The notes: generated by a model from the sequence alone, not told the origin. Positions 15,324-23,238 are shown, numbered from the stretch's first letter. The stretch: 24,000 bases of DNA from Methylophilus sp. (GCF_052173275.1 NZ_JBQMUL010000002.1:970108-994107), one strand, 5' to 3'. Numbers and translations: made by a program.

Positions 15324-16931
15324 TTAAGGTATCAAGGGTAAACCCAGTTCTTTCAAAAATTCGTTATGGCGTGTTTTGGCTTCATTAACTTTTTCTTCCG
15401 CAGCCAATAAATCTGCATTCACTTTCAGCAAGTCAATTGCCTGCTCGGCAACAGAGGTGCTGATGTACCGCGAGATATTCAGGTTGTAATCATTTTTCTC
15501 AATTTCTGCCATCGGAACACGGCGCGAGTAACGCTCTATTTCATTGCGATATTGATAGGTGCTAACAATCTGGTCGATCTGATTTTCCAGCAAGCGGTTT
15601 TGGCGTTTGCCCTTTTCAAAATGCTCGGCGGCGTTAATAAACAACACATCATCTGGCTTTTTGCAGCGCTTAAGCACCAAAATACACACTGGGATGCCCG
15701 TGGAATAAAACAGGTTGGCAGGCAAGCCTATCACGGTATCAATATGCCCATCTTTAAGCAGCTTAGTGCGTATGCGCTCTTCTGCGCCGCCACGGAATAA
15801 CACACCGTGCGGCAAAATAATCGCCATCACGCCACTCTCACTCAAAAAGTGAAAGCCATGCAGTAAAAAGGCAAAGTCTGCTGCAGATTTTGGCGCAAGG
15901 CCATAATTGGCAAATCTAAAATCTTTGCTCATTTCCTCGGTGGGTTCCCAGCGCAAACTAAAAGGTGGGTTTGCCACAATCGCATCAAACTCTACCTTAT
16001 TAGCTGGGTTGCGCTCATTGAGCATGGGCCATTCGTTATCTAGCGTGTCACCGTGAAAAATCTCAAACTCGGTATCTTTCACACCATGCAACAGCATGTT
16101 CATTCGCGCCAGGTTATAGGTGGTGATGTTTTTTTCTTGCCCGTAAAACTTGCCAATCCCATGTTCGCCCAACTGATGGCGCACATTCAGCAACAGCGAG
16201 CCAGAGCCACAGGCAAAATCCAGCACGCGTTCTATTTTGGTTTTTTTGCCTAGTGTTGGATCTTGGCTATCCAACGTCACAATGCGAGAGAGTATGGTCG
16301 AGATTTGTTGCGGGGTATAAAACTCCCCAGCCTTTTTACCAGAGCCAGCGGCAAATTGCCCAATCAAATACTCATAAGCATCGCCCAACACATCGCTACT
16401 GGTAGAAAAGTGTGCGATACCTTCGGCAATTTTAGTGATAATCGTGCACAGCTTGGCATTGCGGTCGGTGTGTGTTTTGCCCAGCTTTTCTGAGTTGAGA
16501 TTAATCTCAGAAAACAAGCCTTGGAAGGTGCTGTTGAATGACTCATTTTCAATGTAATCAAAACCCTTATCTAATGTTTCTAGCAATACTGTGTCTTGTA
16601 GCCTTGCCTGCTCAGCAATGTTGCGCCATAGATACTGCGGCTGAATCACATAATGCAGCTTACGGCGCATCTGCTTTTCAAACTCTAAATAGTCTTCTAA
16701 ATTCAGCTCATACCACTCGGTTAAAGGTGACCTTTTGTCATCTTTATCAAGTGTTGGATAGTCAGAACCTAGTTCCTTTTTTGCTGCAACCTCGTAGTTA
16801 TCTGAGAGGTAACGTAAGAACAAAAACGAGAGCATGTAGTCACGGAAATCGTCCGCGTTCATCGCGCCGCGCAATTGGTCAGCAATGCCCCATAGGGTTT
16901 TACCGAGTTGATTTAATTCTTCTTGAGTCAC
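15324..16931 (-). CDS. hsdM: Type I restriction-modification system, DNA methyltransferase subunit M (N6-adenine)
   Basis: 535 aa with an HsdM_N-like N-terminus (LWGIADQLRG), AdoMet motif DFACGSGSLLL and catalytic NPPF (IVANPPFSLRW). The GTG start lies 3 nt after the upstream stop. Confidence 0.95.
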   Translation of the reverse strand: MTQEELNQLGKTLWGIADQLRGAMNADDFRDYMLSFLFLRYLSDNYEVAAKKELGSDYPTLDKDDKRSPLTEWYELNLEDYLEFEKQMRRKLHYVIQPQYLWRNIAEQARLQDTVLLETLDKGFDYIENESFNSTFQGLFSEINLNSEKLGKTHTDRNAKLCTIITKIAEGIAHFSTSSDVLGDAYEYLIGQFAAGSGKKAGEFYTPQQISTILSRIVTLDSQDPTLGKKTKIERVLDFACGSGSLLLNVRHQLGEHGIGKFYGQEKNITTYNLARMNMLLHGVKDTEFEIFHGDTLDNEWPMLNERNPANKVEFDAIVANPPFSLRWEPTEEMSKDFRFANYGLAPKSAADFAFLLHGFHFLSESGVMAIILPHGVLFRGGAEERIRTKLLKDGHIDTVIGLPANLFYSTGIPVCILVLKRCKKPDDVLFINAAEHFEKGKRQNRLLENQIDQIVSTYQYRNEIERYSRRVPMAEIEKNDYNLNISRYISTSVAEQAIDLLKVNADLLAAEEKVNEAKTRHNEFLKELGLPLIP

Positions 16932-16934
16932 TGG

Positions 16935-18014
16935 TTATTCCGCATGTAAAACAAACTTATATTTTTCTATTAGCCTATCAAATATCTCTATAAAAATAGA
17001 TTTATTATCTGGCTGCATAATATCAGATTGATGGTAATAGATTTTCTGATGAGATAGGGTGTTGACGATAGTTGCTACTCTATCTTTATCCGCTATACCA
17101 ATTTGCTCCAAGACATAGGAAAACTGACCGACCCCCAAAAAAGAAGCAATATTCTCAAGTGCTTGTCGTAGCAATGCAAAATGATAGGTATAAAGCTGTC
17201 CATCTTTTGCTTGTTGCAATAACTTCATGAGTTGTAAATGATACAAAAGCACATCATTTCTTGTGCTTTCTAAAGAGAGCTCATCAGCATTACGACTCAA
17301 AATATACATCTGATACTTATTGTTGTTACGCTCTTTGAACTGACTAGCTTTTTCACCTTTCGTGATCCAATCACTTAAAATCGAAAACAAGCCTAAGTGA
17401 TGGGTTGTAATAATTATTTTTCTATTTTTGAAGTGCTTATCTATTAACTCAAACAATGTAAAAGCTGTAACGAAAATATTATGGTCATCTAAACTTGAAA
17501 CAGGGTCGTCTATAAAGAAATGTTTTGATTGCTTATCTGCCCAGCCTTCAACCTCAAACAATGCTAAAAATAAACACCAAACAAAAATACGCTCCTCACC
17601 TCTTGAGATCTTAATTGGTGTCTCACTATCCCCTTTTACATAGAAAGTGACCGCATCAATACCAAGTTCGGGATTTTCATTTGTATTAAAGTAAAAGTCA
17701 TATCTTGGCTGATATGGTGCTAATTTCGCATTTACATCCTCTTCAGTGATTGAGGAATGTAGTCTATTTAAACTACTTCTCTTGACCTCAAGCTTAATAT
17801 TCTGTTCGTTGTTTTCATTATCATTATCCCAAACGAAGAGGTCCTCGCTAAAGGCATTGTAATAAACCCCTTCATGTTCGCCACTATCAGCATTTTTGCT
17901 AACATTTTTATAGGCTACAGATAATCTTGTTTTCCCCGTTGCGTTAAAGGCATAAACAAGAATGATATTTTTTTCTGATTGATAAAGCTGTGTGGCAACT
18001 TGCTCTAAATTCAT
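16935..18014 (-). CDS. PrrC-like AAA_13/ABC-type ATPase, putative anticodon nuclease
   Basis: 359 aa. The motifs are Walker A A22FNATGKT29, ABC-signature-like S137RGE, Walker B FFIDD170, D-loop SSLD176, H-loop TTHH206, and a C-terminal R283-x3-E287 ... H322 triad-like pattern. It sits between hsdS and hsdM with an ATGA overlap to hsdS. Confidence 0.6.
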   Translation of the reverse strand: MNLEQVATQLYQSEKNIILVYAFNATGKTRLSVAYKNVSKNADSGEHEGVYYNAFSEDLFVWDNDNENNEQNIKLEVKRSSLNRLHSSITEEDVNAKLAPYQPRYDFYFNTNENPELGIDAVTFYVKGDSETPIKISRGEERIFVWCLFLALFEVEGWADKQSKHFFIDDPVSSLDDHNIFVTAFTLFELIDKHFKNRKIIITTHHLGLFSILSDWITKGEKASQFKERNNNKYQMYILSRNADELSLESTRNDVLLYHLQLMKLLQQAKDGQLYTYHFALLRQALENIASFLGVGQFSYVLEQIGIADKDRVATIVNTLSHQKIYYHQSDIMQPDNKSIFIEIFDRLIEKYKFVLHAE

Positions 18015-19261
18015 TGTTCAATGGCCTGCGAATCAATTGCCTTTGGGAAAAGCTGCTGCATTAAGCCTTTTTTGTGCTCTCTTAAGGATTCTAGTTTTTT
18101 AATTTGACTAGTGACTGCATCATCAATTGAGGTTAAGCAGTTAGCAATTCTTTTTTGCTCAGCATAGTCAGGCAACGGTAACAATTTCTCAGAAAATTGA
18201 AAAAAGGAAACCATTTTCCCATCTCTTATTCCCTCTATATTTTTGTTAAGGTCACGTATAAATAAATCTGTTTTGAAGTAATATTTAAAAAACAAGTCAA
18301 ATACTTCTATTTTCTTACGCAAAATAATATACGCGGGACTACAAATACCTTTGTAATTTGAGTATTCAATACCTCCCTGAAAAGACCTGAGACTTATAAT
18401 GAAGTCACCAACCTCAACTATTTTATAACTTTCAATACTTTGTTCTGTTGCAATGACTTTGTAATCAATTAGCTCCCGAGGAATTGCCCCATGTTCTTGG
18501 CTGATAGCTAAAATGGGTAAGTCTGAATTGTGTTTTTTGTTGCTTATTGGTTCGAAAATTTTATCTCCGTTCAAAAACGCCCACTCTCCATCTTCCTCAA
18601 ACTCAGAAAAACGAAGTTTGGGGACGGTTTTACCTTCAGCGGGGAAAAGTTGTTGCATCATGCCTTTTTTGTATTTTTTTAAGGCTTCAACTTTTTGGTT
18701 TTGTACGGTGATTAAATCATCAAGTGATGACAGGCAATCGGCAATTTTTTGTTGTTCTTTTGGTTCTTTGGGAACGAAAAATTTATATTTCAAAAATTTA
18801 CTGCCGTTTATTGAGTTGATTGTTGCACCTAAGTCAGCATCAACTTGGTCTTGATACGAATCTGTTTGAAACAACTGATAGACAAATTTTGCTATTGGCG
18901 AGCGAAAAACTGTCATGAATGCGCCATGTGTGCATAGCGACATTCCATCTGGTATTAACGCATTTTTTCCAATCAGTGCTTTTGAGCCATTCCTAACACA
19001 AATCAAAATATCATTTGGTTTTGCTAAGTTAGCGCCTTTAATGCTCGGCGTCACATAAACGTTATCATCAAGCGAGATTTGACCATTTTGGACGTTTGAT
19101 GATCTTAGAACTAACAAGCCACTCTCACGAACATCTTCAGGGCTATAAGTTAAACCTGAAACAAGTTTACCTAATTGATTCAGTTCTTGAGGTTTCCATT
19201 CACTGACATCTCTAAACTCAGGAAACCGCAATTTAGGCACTAATTTAATTTTCTCACTCAT
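18011..19261 (-). CDS. hsdS: Type I restriction-modification system, specificity subunit S
   Basis: 416 aa with the classic two-half architecture. PKLRF(P/S)EF..EW opens each target-recognition domain. Each half closes with a conserved helix, QQKIADCLSSLDDLI...KKGMMQQLFP in the first and QKRIANCLTSIDDAV...KKGLMQQLFP in the second. Confidence 0.95.
   Translation of the reverse strand: MSEKIKLVPKLRFPEFRDVSEWKPQELNQLGKLVSGLTYSPEDVRESGLLVLRSSNVQNGQISLDDNVYVTPSIKGANLAKPNDILICVRNGSKALIGKNALIPDGMSLCTHGAFMTVFRSPIAKFVYQLFQTDSYQDQVDADLGATINSINGSKFLKYKFFVPKEPKEQQKIADCLSSLDDLITVQNQKVEALKKYKKGMMQQLFPAEGKTVPKLRFSEFEEDGEWAFLNGDKIFEPISNKKHNSDLPILAISQEHGAIPRELIDYKVIATEQSIESYKIVEVGDFIISLRSFQGGIEYSNYKGICSPAYIILRKKIEVFDLFFKYYFKTDLFIRDLNKNIEGIRDGKMVSFFQFSEKLLPLPDYAEQKRIANCLTSIDDAVTSQIKKLESLREHKKGLMQQLFPKAIDSQAIEQ
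18045..18101. repeat. HsdS conserved-region repeat, copy 1 (C-terminal helix coding)
   Basis: About 80% identical by hand alignment to 18642-18698, which lies 597 bp (199 codons) away (GGGAAAAGyTGyTGCAT..GCCTTTTTTGT..TTAAGG). Confidence 0.8.
18642..18698. repeat. HsdS conserved-region repeat, copy 2 (central helix coding)
   Basis: This is the partner of 18045-18101. Internal direct repeats are typical of hsdS genes and are substrates for TRD shuffling. Confidence 0.8.
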
Positions 19262-22200
19262 ATGCCGCCAACCCCGAAATCTCTCTGCCTTGCGCTTGTT
19301 TTTTGAGCAGTGGCACCATATCTTCCATCAAAGCGAGCTCTTTTTGTGTACGAGCCTTCCAGCCAAGATCTTGCTCGGTAAATAGTTCACTGAGTTTGTC
19401 ACCGTCAAAAATCATGCGGTTTAAAATACCATTCACAAAGGCTTTGAGTTTTTCGAGTGTCAAGCCATGTTTCTTCGCTACTTCTGCCAACGCTTTGTTA
19501 TTCTTCTCGGCTTTAAAACGTTGTAAATCTTGGCCTATTTGTTGGTCTGTCATCACCTCACCGACTGGCAGGCTGTTGATAAATTCGATGATGGCGTCTT
19601 GCTCGTCCATCATATTAGAGTGAGATCGGATATAGTCCACCAACTGCTGGCGGGTCATTTTTTGTTTGTTGCTGTCCACCTGCGTCGATTTAGCAATCAG
19701 GCTCATGATGTAGTCGTAATCAATCACCGCCGAGGCAAACAGCACCAGTTCTAAATCAAGTTGTTCCAGATTAGCTTCGTCGACATAGCTCGCTCTTTCT
19801 TGCTCCACTTTGTTCGGGTTGGTGACTTCTTGCTGAGTTTTGAGTTGTTGGGCGGTTTCAATATAGCGGCCTCTAAAACTGCGCAAGGTGACTTCGGGCA
19901 TGAGTTGCTCGATAGTGTGTTTGTGCTCTTCTGTGAGGTCAGTGTATTGGTCGAGCTGAGTTTTAAAGCGCTGCACCTCTTTAAAGTGGTTGATAAAGCC
20001 CATTTTGGCGTTATTGCCTTTGAGGTTGCTCACTTGCTCTGGCGCACAGTCTAGGCCTTGTTTTTCCATAAATTCACCCAACTTGGTCACAGCGCTCTGC
20101 AATTTTTCGATCACTTTAGGCGCAGGGTCTACCAGCCAGATTTCACGCGCGCTGGCTTCGTCTTGTTTGCCAGAAAATAATTTAATGGCCGCATCGACTT
20201 CGGTCTCTTGGCCTCTAAAGTCGAGAATATTGCCCCATGGTTTGGTGTCGTTAAGTACGCGGTTGGTGCGTGAAAACGCTTGAATCAGGCCATGATTTTT
20301 GAGGTTTTTATCCACATACAGTGTGTTGAGATATTTTGAGTCAAAGCCTGTGAGCAGCATATCCACCACAATCACAATATCGATTTTGTTTTTGTGCGGG
20401 TAATTGGCGTATTGGTGGTCTTTAATGCGCTTTTGCACATCCTGATAGTAGGCATCAAACTCGGTAATGGTGTGGTTAGTGCCAAACTGTTGGTTATAGG
20501 CCACCATGATTGCAATAAGCGCGGCTTTTTTCTCTTCGGGCGCTTGTTGGTTGTCTTGCTGCTCAGTGGGTAAGTCTTCTTGTAGCTGTTGCACCTCAAC
20601 ATTGCCTTGAGCGGGTGGTGAAAACACACAGGCAATATTGAGCGCTTTAAAGTTTGCATCTTCGGCTTGTTTTTGCGCCTGCATTTGCGCAAACACTTTG
20701 AAATACTCAATGGCGCTGTTGATGGACGAAGTCGCCAAAATGGCATTAAAGCGACGATGGTTCGTCGCGGCATCGTGCTTTGCAAAGATTTCGTTAATCA
20801 CGGCTTGCGGGATGGGTACCTCGCTCTTTTTGGGCTTTGTATCTTCGCCTTTGTTTTTGCCAAAATAATCAATATGAAAGCTGAGGACATTTTTGTCTTC
20901 AATAGCGTTGGTAATGGTGTAAGCGTGTAGCTCGCTCTCAAACAAATCTTGTGTGGTTTTAAACGAGCCGACATTGCCATCAACCTGCACAAAGCTGGAG
21001 TTGGCGTCAAAAATAGGGGTGCCGGTAAAGCCAAACATTTGCGCTTTGGGGAAAAACTCTTTAATAGCTTTGTGGTTTTCACCAAACTGCGAGCGGTGGC
21101 ATTCGTCAAAAATAAAGGCGACGCGTTTGTCGCGTAATGGCTCTAAGCGCTCTTTATAAGTGAGCTTGCCCTTTTGCACATTCACTTGATTACGCTTGCT
21201 ATTTTCATCCAGCGCCAAGCCTAATTTTTGGATGGTGGTGACAATCACCTTATCCGCATAATCTTCGGAAAGCAGGCGGCGCACCAAGGTCTCGGTGTTG
21301 GTGTTTTCTTCTACACAGCCTTCTTGAAAGCGGTTAAATTCTTCGCGTGTTTGGCGGTCGAGGTCTTTGCGGTCAACCACAAAAAGGCATTTTTCAATGT
21401 CTGGGTTATCTTTGAGCAGCGTAGAGGCTTTAAATGAGGTGAGCGTTTTGCCACTGCCTGTGGTGTGCCAGATATAGCCATTCCCACGATTTTGGTGGAT
21501 GCACTCGACGATCTTTCTAACCGCATAAATTTGATATGGGCGCATAACCATGAGTTTTTGCTCACTGGCGACCAGTACCATATAACGGCTTATCATTTGC
21601 CCCAAGGTACATTTGACTAAGAAGACATTTGCAAAGTCATGCAAGTGCGAGATTTTATGGTTTTGCTCATCTGCTAATTGATAAATAGGCAAAAAGCGTT
21701 CATCGGCATTAAAACTGAAATGCTCGTTTTTATTGTTCGCAAAATAAAGCGTATTGCTTTGGTTGCTGACAATAAACAACTGCATAAAACACAGCAAGGT
21801 ATTGGCGTAACCATTGCCTGGGTCATTTTTGTAATGGACGATTTGTTCGATGGCTTTGCGTGGGATGACTTCAAAAGTTTTAAGCTCGATTTGCACGGTA
21901 GGAATACCGTTAATCAGCAAAATTACATCATAACGATGGTGACTATTGTGCGTATTGCACCGTAGTTGATTGATGACTTCAAAGTCGTTTTTGCACCAAT
22001 CTTTGGTATTGACCAGTGTGTAATGCAGCGGCGTGCCGTCTTCACGCTGAAAATAGTTGGTTTCACGTAACCTTTTTGCTGCTTGATAGACATCAGGGGT
22101 GATAATTTCATCACGCAGCCGTGCAAACTCAGCATTGGTTAAGTTAACACGATTGAGTGCTTCAAATTTTTGACGAAAATTGGCTTCAAGAGACTCGCGG

Positions 22201-22286
22201 TCACGAATATCCGCACGATAAGCGTACTTAAGCTCTATGAGCTTTTGAATCAAGTCTTTTTCGATTTGACTTTCAGTCGCCAACAT
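19254..22286 (-). CDS. hsdR: Type I restriction-modification system, restriction/translocase subunit R (EcoR124-like, type IC-like)
   Basis: 1010 aa. It has an N-terminal PD-(D/E)xK motif (RYD120VILLINGIPTVQIE134LK136), helicase motif I HTTGSGKT and motif II FDECH. Its stop overlaps the hsdS start by 8 nt. Confidence 0.95.
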   Translation of the reverse strand: MLATESQIEKDLIQKLIELKYAYRADIRDRESLEANFRQKFEALNRVNLTNAEFARLRDEIITPDVYQAAKRLRETNYFQREDGTPLHYTLVNTKDWCKNDFEVINQLRCNTHNSHHRYDVILLINGIPTVQIELKTFEVIPRKAIEQIVHYKNDPGNGYANTLLCFMQLFIVSNQSNTLYFANNKNEHFSFNADERFLPIYQLADEQNHKISHLHDFANVFLVKCTLGQMISRYMVLVASEQKLMVMRPYQIYAVRKIVECIHQNRGNGYIWHTTGSGKTLTSFKASTLLKDNPDIEKCLFVVDRKDLDRQTREEFNRFQEGCVEENTNTETLVRRLLSEDYADKVIVTTIQKLGLALDENSKRNQVNVQKGKLTYKERLEPLRDKRVAFIFDECHRSQFGENHKAIKEFFPKAQMFGFTGTPIFDANSSFVQVDGNVGSFKTTQDLFESELHAYTITNAIEDKNVLSFHIDYFGKNKGEDTKPKKSEVPIPQAVINEIFAKHDAATNHRRFNAILATSSINSAIEYFKVFAQMQAQKQAEDANFKALNIACVFSPPAQGNVEVQQLQEDLPTEQQDNQQAPEEKKAALIAIMVAYNQQFGTNHTITEFDAYYQDVQKRIKDHQYANYPHKNKIDIVIVVDMLLTGFDSKYLNTLYVDKNLKNHGLIQAFSRTNRVLNDTKPWGNILDFRGQETEVDAAIKLFSGKQDEASAREIWLVDPAPKVIEKLQSAVTKLGEFMEKQGLDCAPEQVSNLKGNNAKMGFINHFKEVQRFKTQLDQYTDLTEEHKHTIEQLMPEVTLRSFRGRYIETAQQLKTQQEVTNPNKVEQERASYVDEANLEQLDLELVLFASAVIDYDYIMSLIAKSTQVDSNKQKMTRQQLVDYIRSHSNMMDEQDAIIEFINSLPVGEVMTDQQIGQDLQRFKAEKNNKALAEVAKKHGLTLEKLKAFVNGILNRMIFDGDKLSELFTEQDLGWKARTQKELALMEDMVPLLKKQAQGREISGLAAYE

Positions 22287-22331
22287 TTGAGACCCTATTT
22301 AGGAAATTTATAAGCAGCGCTAATGATAAAG

Positions 22332-22354
22332 GGTATTGGAAAAAGGCCAATACC
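22332..22354 (-). terminator. Hairpin downstream of the thioesterase gene (weak terminator candidate)
   Basis: GGTATTGG (22332-22339) - 7-nt loop - CCAATACC (22347-22354). On the minus strand it is followed only by a weak CTTTAT tract. It separates the thioesterase gene from the hsdR start. Confidence 0.35.
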
Positions 22355-22363
22355 AATTGGTAA

Positions 22364-22810
22364 TTATTTATACAGAATAAAAACCCCTTGAAACTTAGAT
22401 GTTGCTTTTGATTCACTGATAATCTGTGCAGTGACTACAATTCTCGCCCTGCCCTTTTCCTCATAACTCTTTTTAAAACTATCCCAGTCATCCGCTGATT
22501 GAAAACTCGCCACACATTCAAAATCTGTTTTCACAGGCAATAGATAGTCGATCTCCTGGCGCTTGATCACCAGGTTACCTTTTAAGCCTGCTTGCTCGAT
22601 TTTTGACTGCACTAATGACCAGGCCGTGGTAATTGAAATGGCAGCAATGCTGCCACCAAATACGATATCGAGATGGTTTTTGTTCAGGGCATAATCGCCA
22701 TGCACGGTGATCTGATTTTCATCAATCTTGGTGATTTTTATCCCTAAGTTTTTGGTTTGCGGGATGAGTTTAAACAGAGTGTTTTGAAAGTTTTCTTCTA
22801 GCTGGCTCAT
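22364..22810 (-). CDS. Hotdog-fold thioesterase, YiiD C-terminal-domain-like
   Basis: 148 aa. The pattern NLGIKITKIDENQITVHGDYALNKNHLDIVFGGSIAAI... matches PaaI/YiiD_C-type thioesterases as I recall them. The RBS AGGA lies about 9-12 nt upstream. Confidence 0.55.
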   Translation of the reverse strand: MSQLEENFQNTLFKLIPQTKNLGIKITKIDENQITVHGDYALNKNHLDIVFGGSIAAISITTAWSLVQSKIEQAGLKGNLVIKRQEIDYLLPVKTDFECVASFQSADDWDSFKKSYEEKGRARIVVTAQIISESKATSKFQGVFILYK

Positions 22811-22852
22811 GCGTTTTTTCCTTCAGAGAAAATAATCACGCGTTACCTTAAC

Positions 22853-22880
22853 AAAAAAAGCTCCCGAAGGAGCTTTTTAT
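22853..22880. terminator. Rho-independent terminator (bidirectional shape)
   Basis: AAAAAAAG-CTCC-cgaa-GGAG-CTTTTTAT: a 6-bp stem AGCTCC/GGAGCT with a 4-nt loop, flanked by an A-run and a T-run. It lies immediately downstream of the small minus-strand ORF. Confidence 0.75.
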
Positions 22881-22908
22881 ATTTGCTTGTTTGGAATCTG
22901 TTCAGGGC

Positions 22909-23097
22909 TTAGATGTCATTCTCGCTGCTTAACTCGCCGGGGGATACTTTGCCGTCTTCAACTTCGGTTGCGATCTCCGCCGAGTGTGAGCCGGGTTGTT
23001 TGTTTTTGGTGTTTGGGTGTATGGGCGGTAACAACGAGGTTTCGTCATAGACTGGCGTTGCGGGTGGGTTTGCATTGTTTTTGGATGCATCTGACAT
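22909..23097 (-). CDS. Small (62 aa) acidic, Pro/Ser/Asn-rich hypothetical protein
   Basis: The start is chosen at ATG 23097 because of a GGAG RBS 7 nt upstream (GGAGATACCCATG). Its own terminator is at 22853-22880. The sequence MSDASKNNANPPATPVYDETSLLPPIHPNTKNKQPGSHSAEIATEVEDGKVSPGELSSENDI looks low-complexity or disordered. Coding status is not proven. Confidence 0.4.
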   Translation of the reverse strand: MSDASKNNANPPATPVYDETSLLPPIHPNTKNKQPGSHSAEIATEVEDGKVSPGELSSENDI

Positions 23098-23238
23098 GGG
23101 TATCTCCATCAAATATTGAAACAGTTGGTTACTGATGAGTCTGACAATGCAGCAGCGCATGTGTTTCAATGAAAGTATATGCTATTAAATCTAAATCATG
23201 TTTAGCTGTAAAAATATGCACACCTGTTTGAAAGTGAA

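Larger units (their letters stand above)
14360..22850. other. Low-GC block (probable horizontally acquired defence island)
   Basis: 60-nt hand counts give about 30% GC at 18301-18360 and 42% at 20401-20460, against about 57% at 5101-5160 and 62% at 10401-10460. The content is a type I R-M operon plus accessory genes. The edges are approximate, and I saw no integrase, tRNA or flanking direct repeats. Confidence 0.5.

Noticed and set aside
19303-22135. Numerous 60-137-aa ORFs in both orientations inside hsdR (for example 20372-20785 and 20798-21109)
   Set aside because: All are nested in the 1010-aa HsdR frame, which carries complete nuclease and helicase motifs. None has independent support.
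22909-23169. The long 86-aa version of the small minus-strand ORF, starting at 23169
   Set aside because: The N-terminal extension (MKHMRCCIVRLISNQLFQYLMEIP) has no RBS and would cover the likely promoter. The internal ATG at 23097 has a GGAG RBS, so the short form is preferred.
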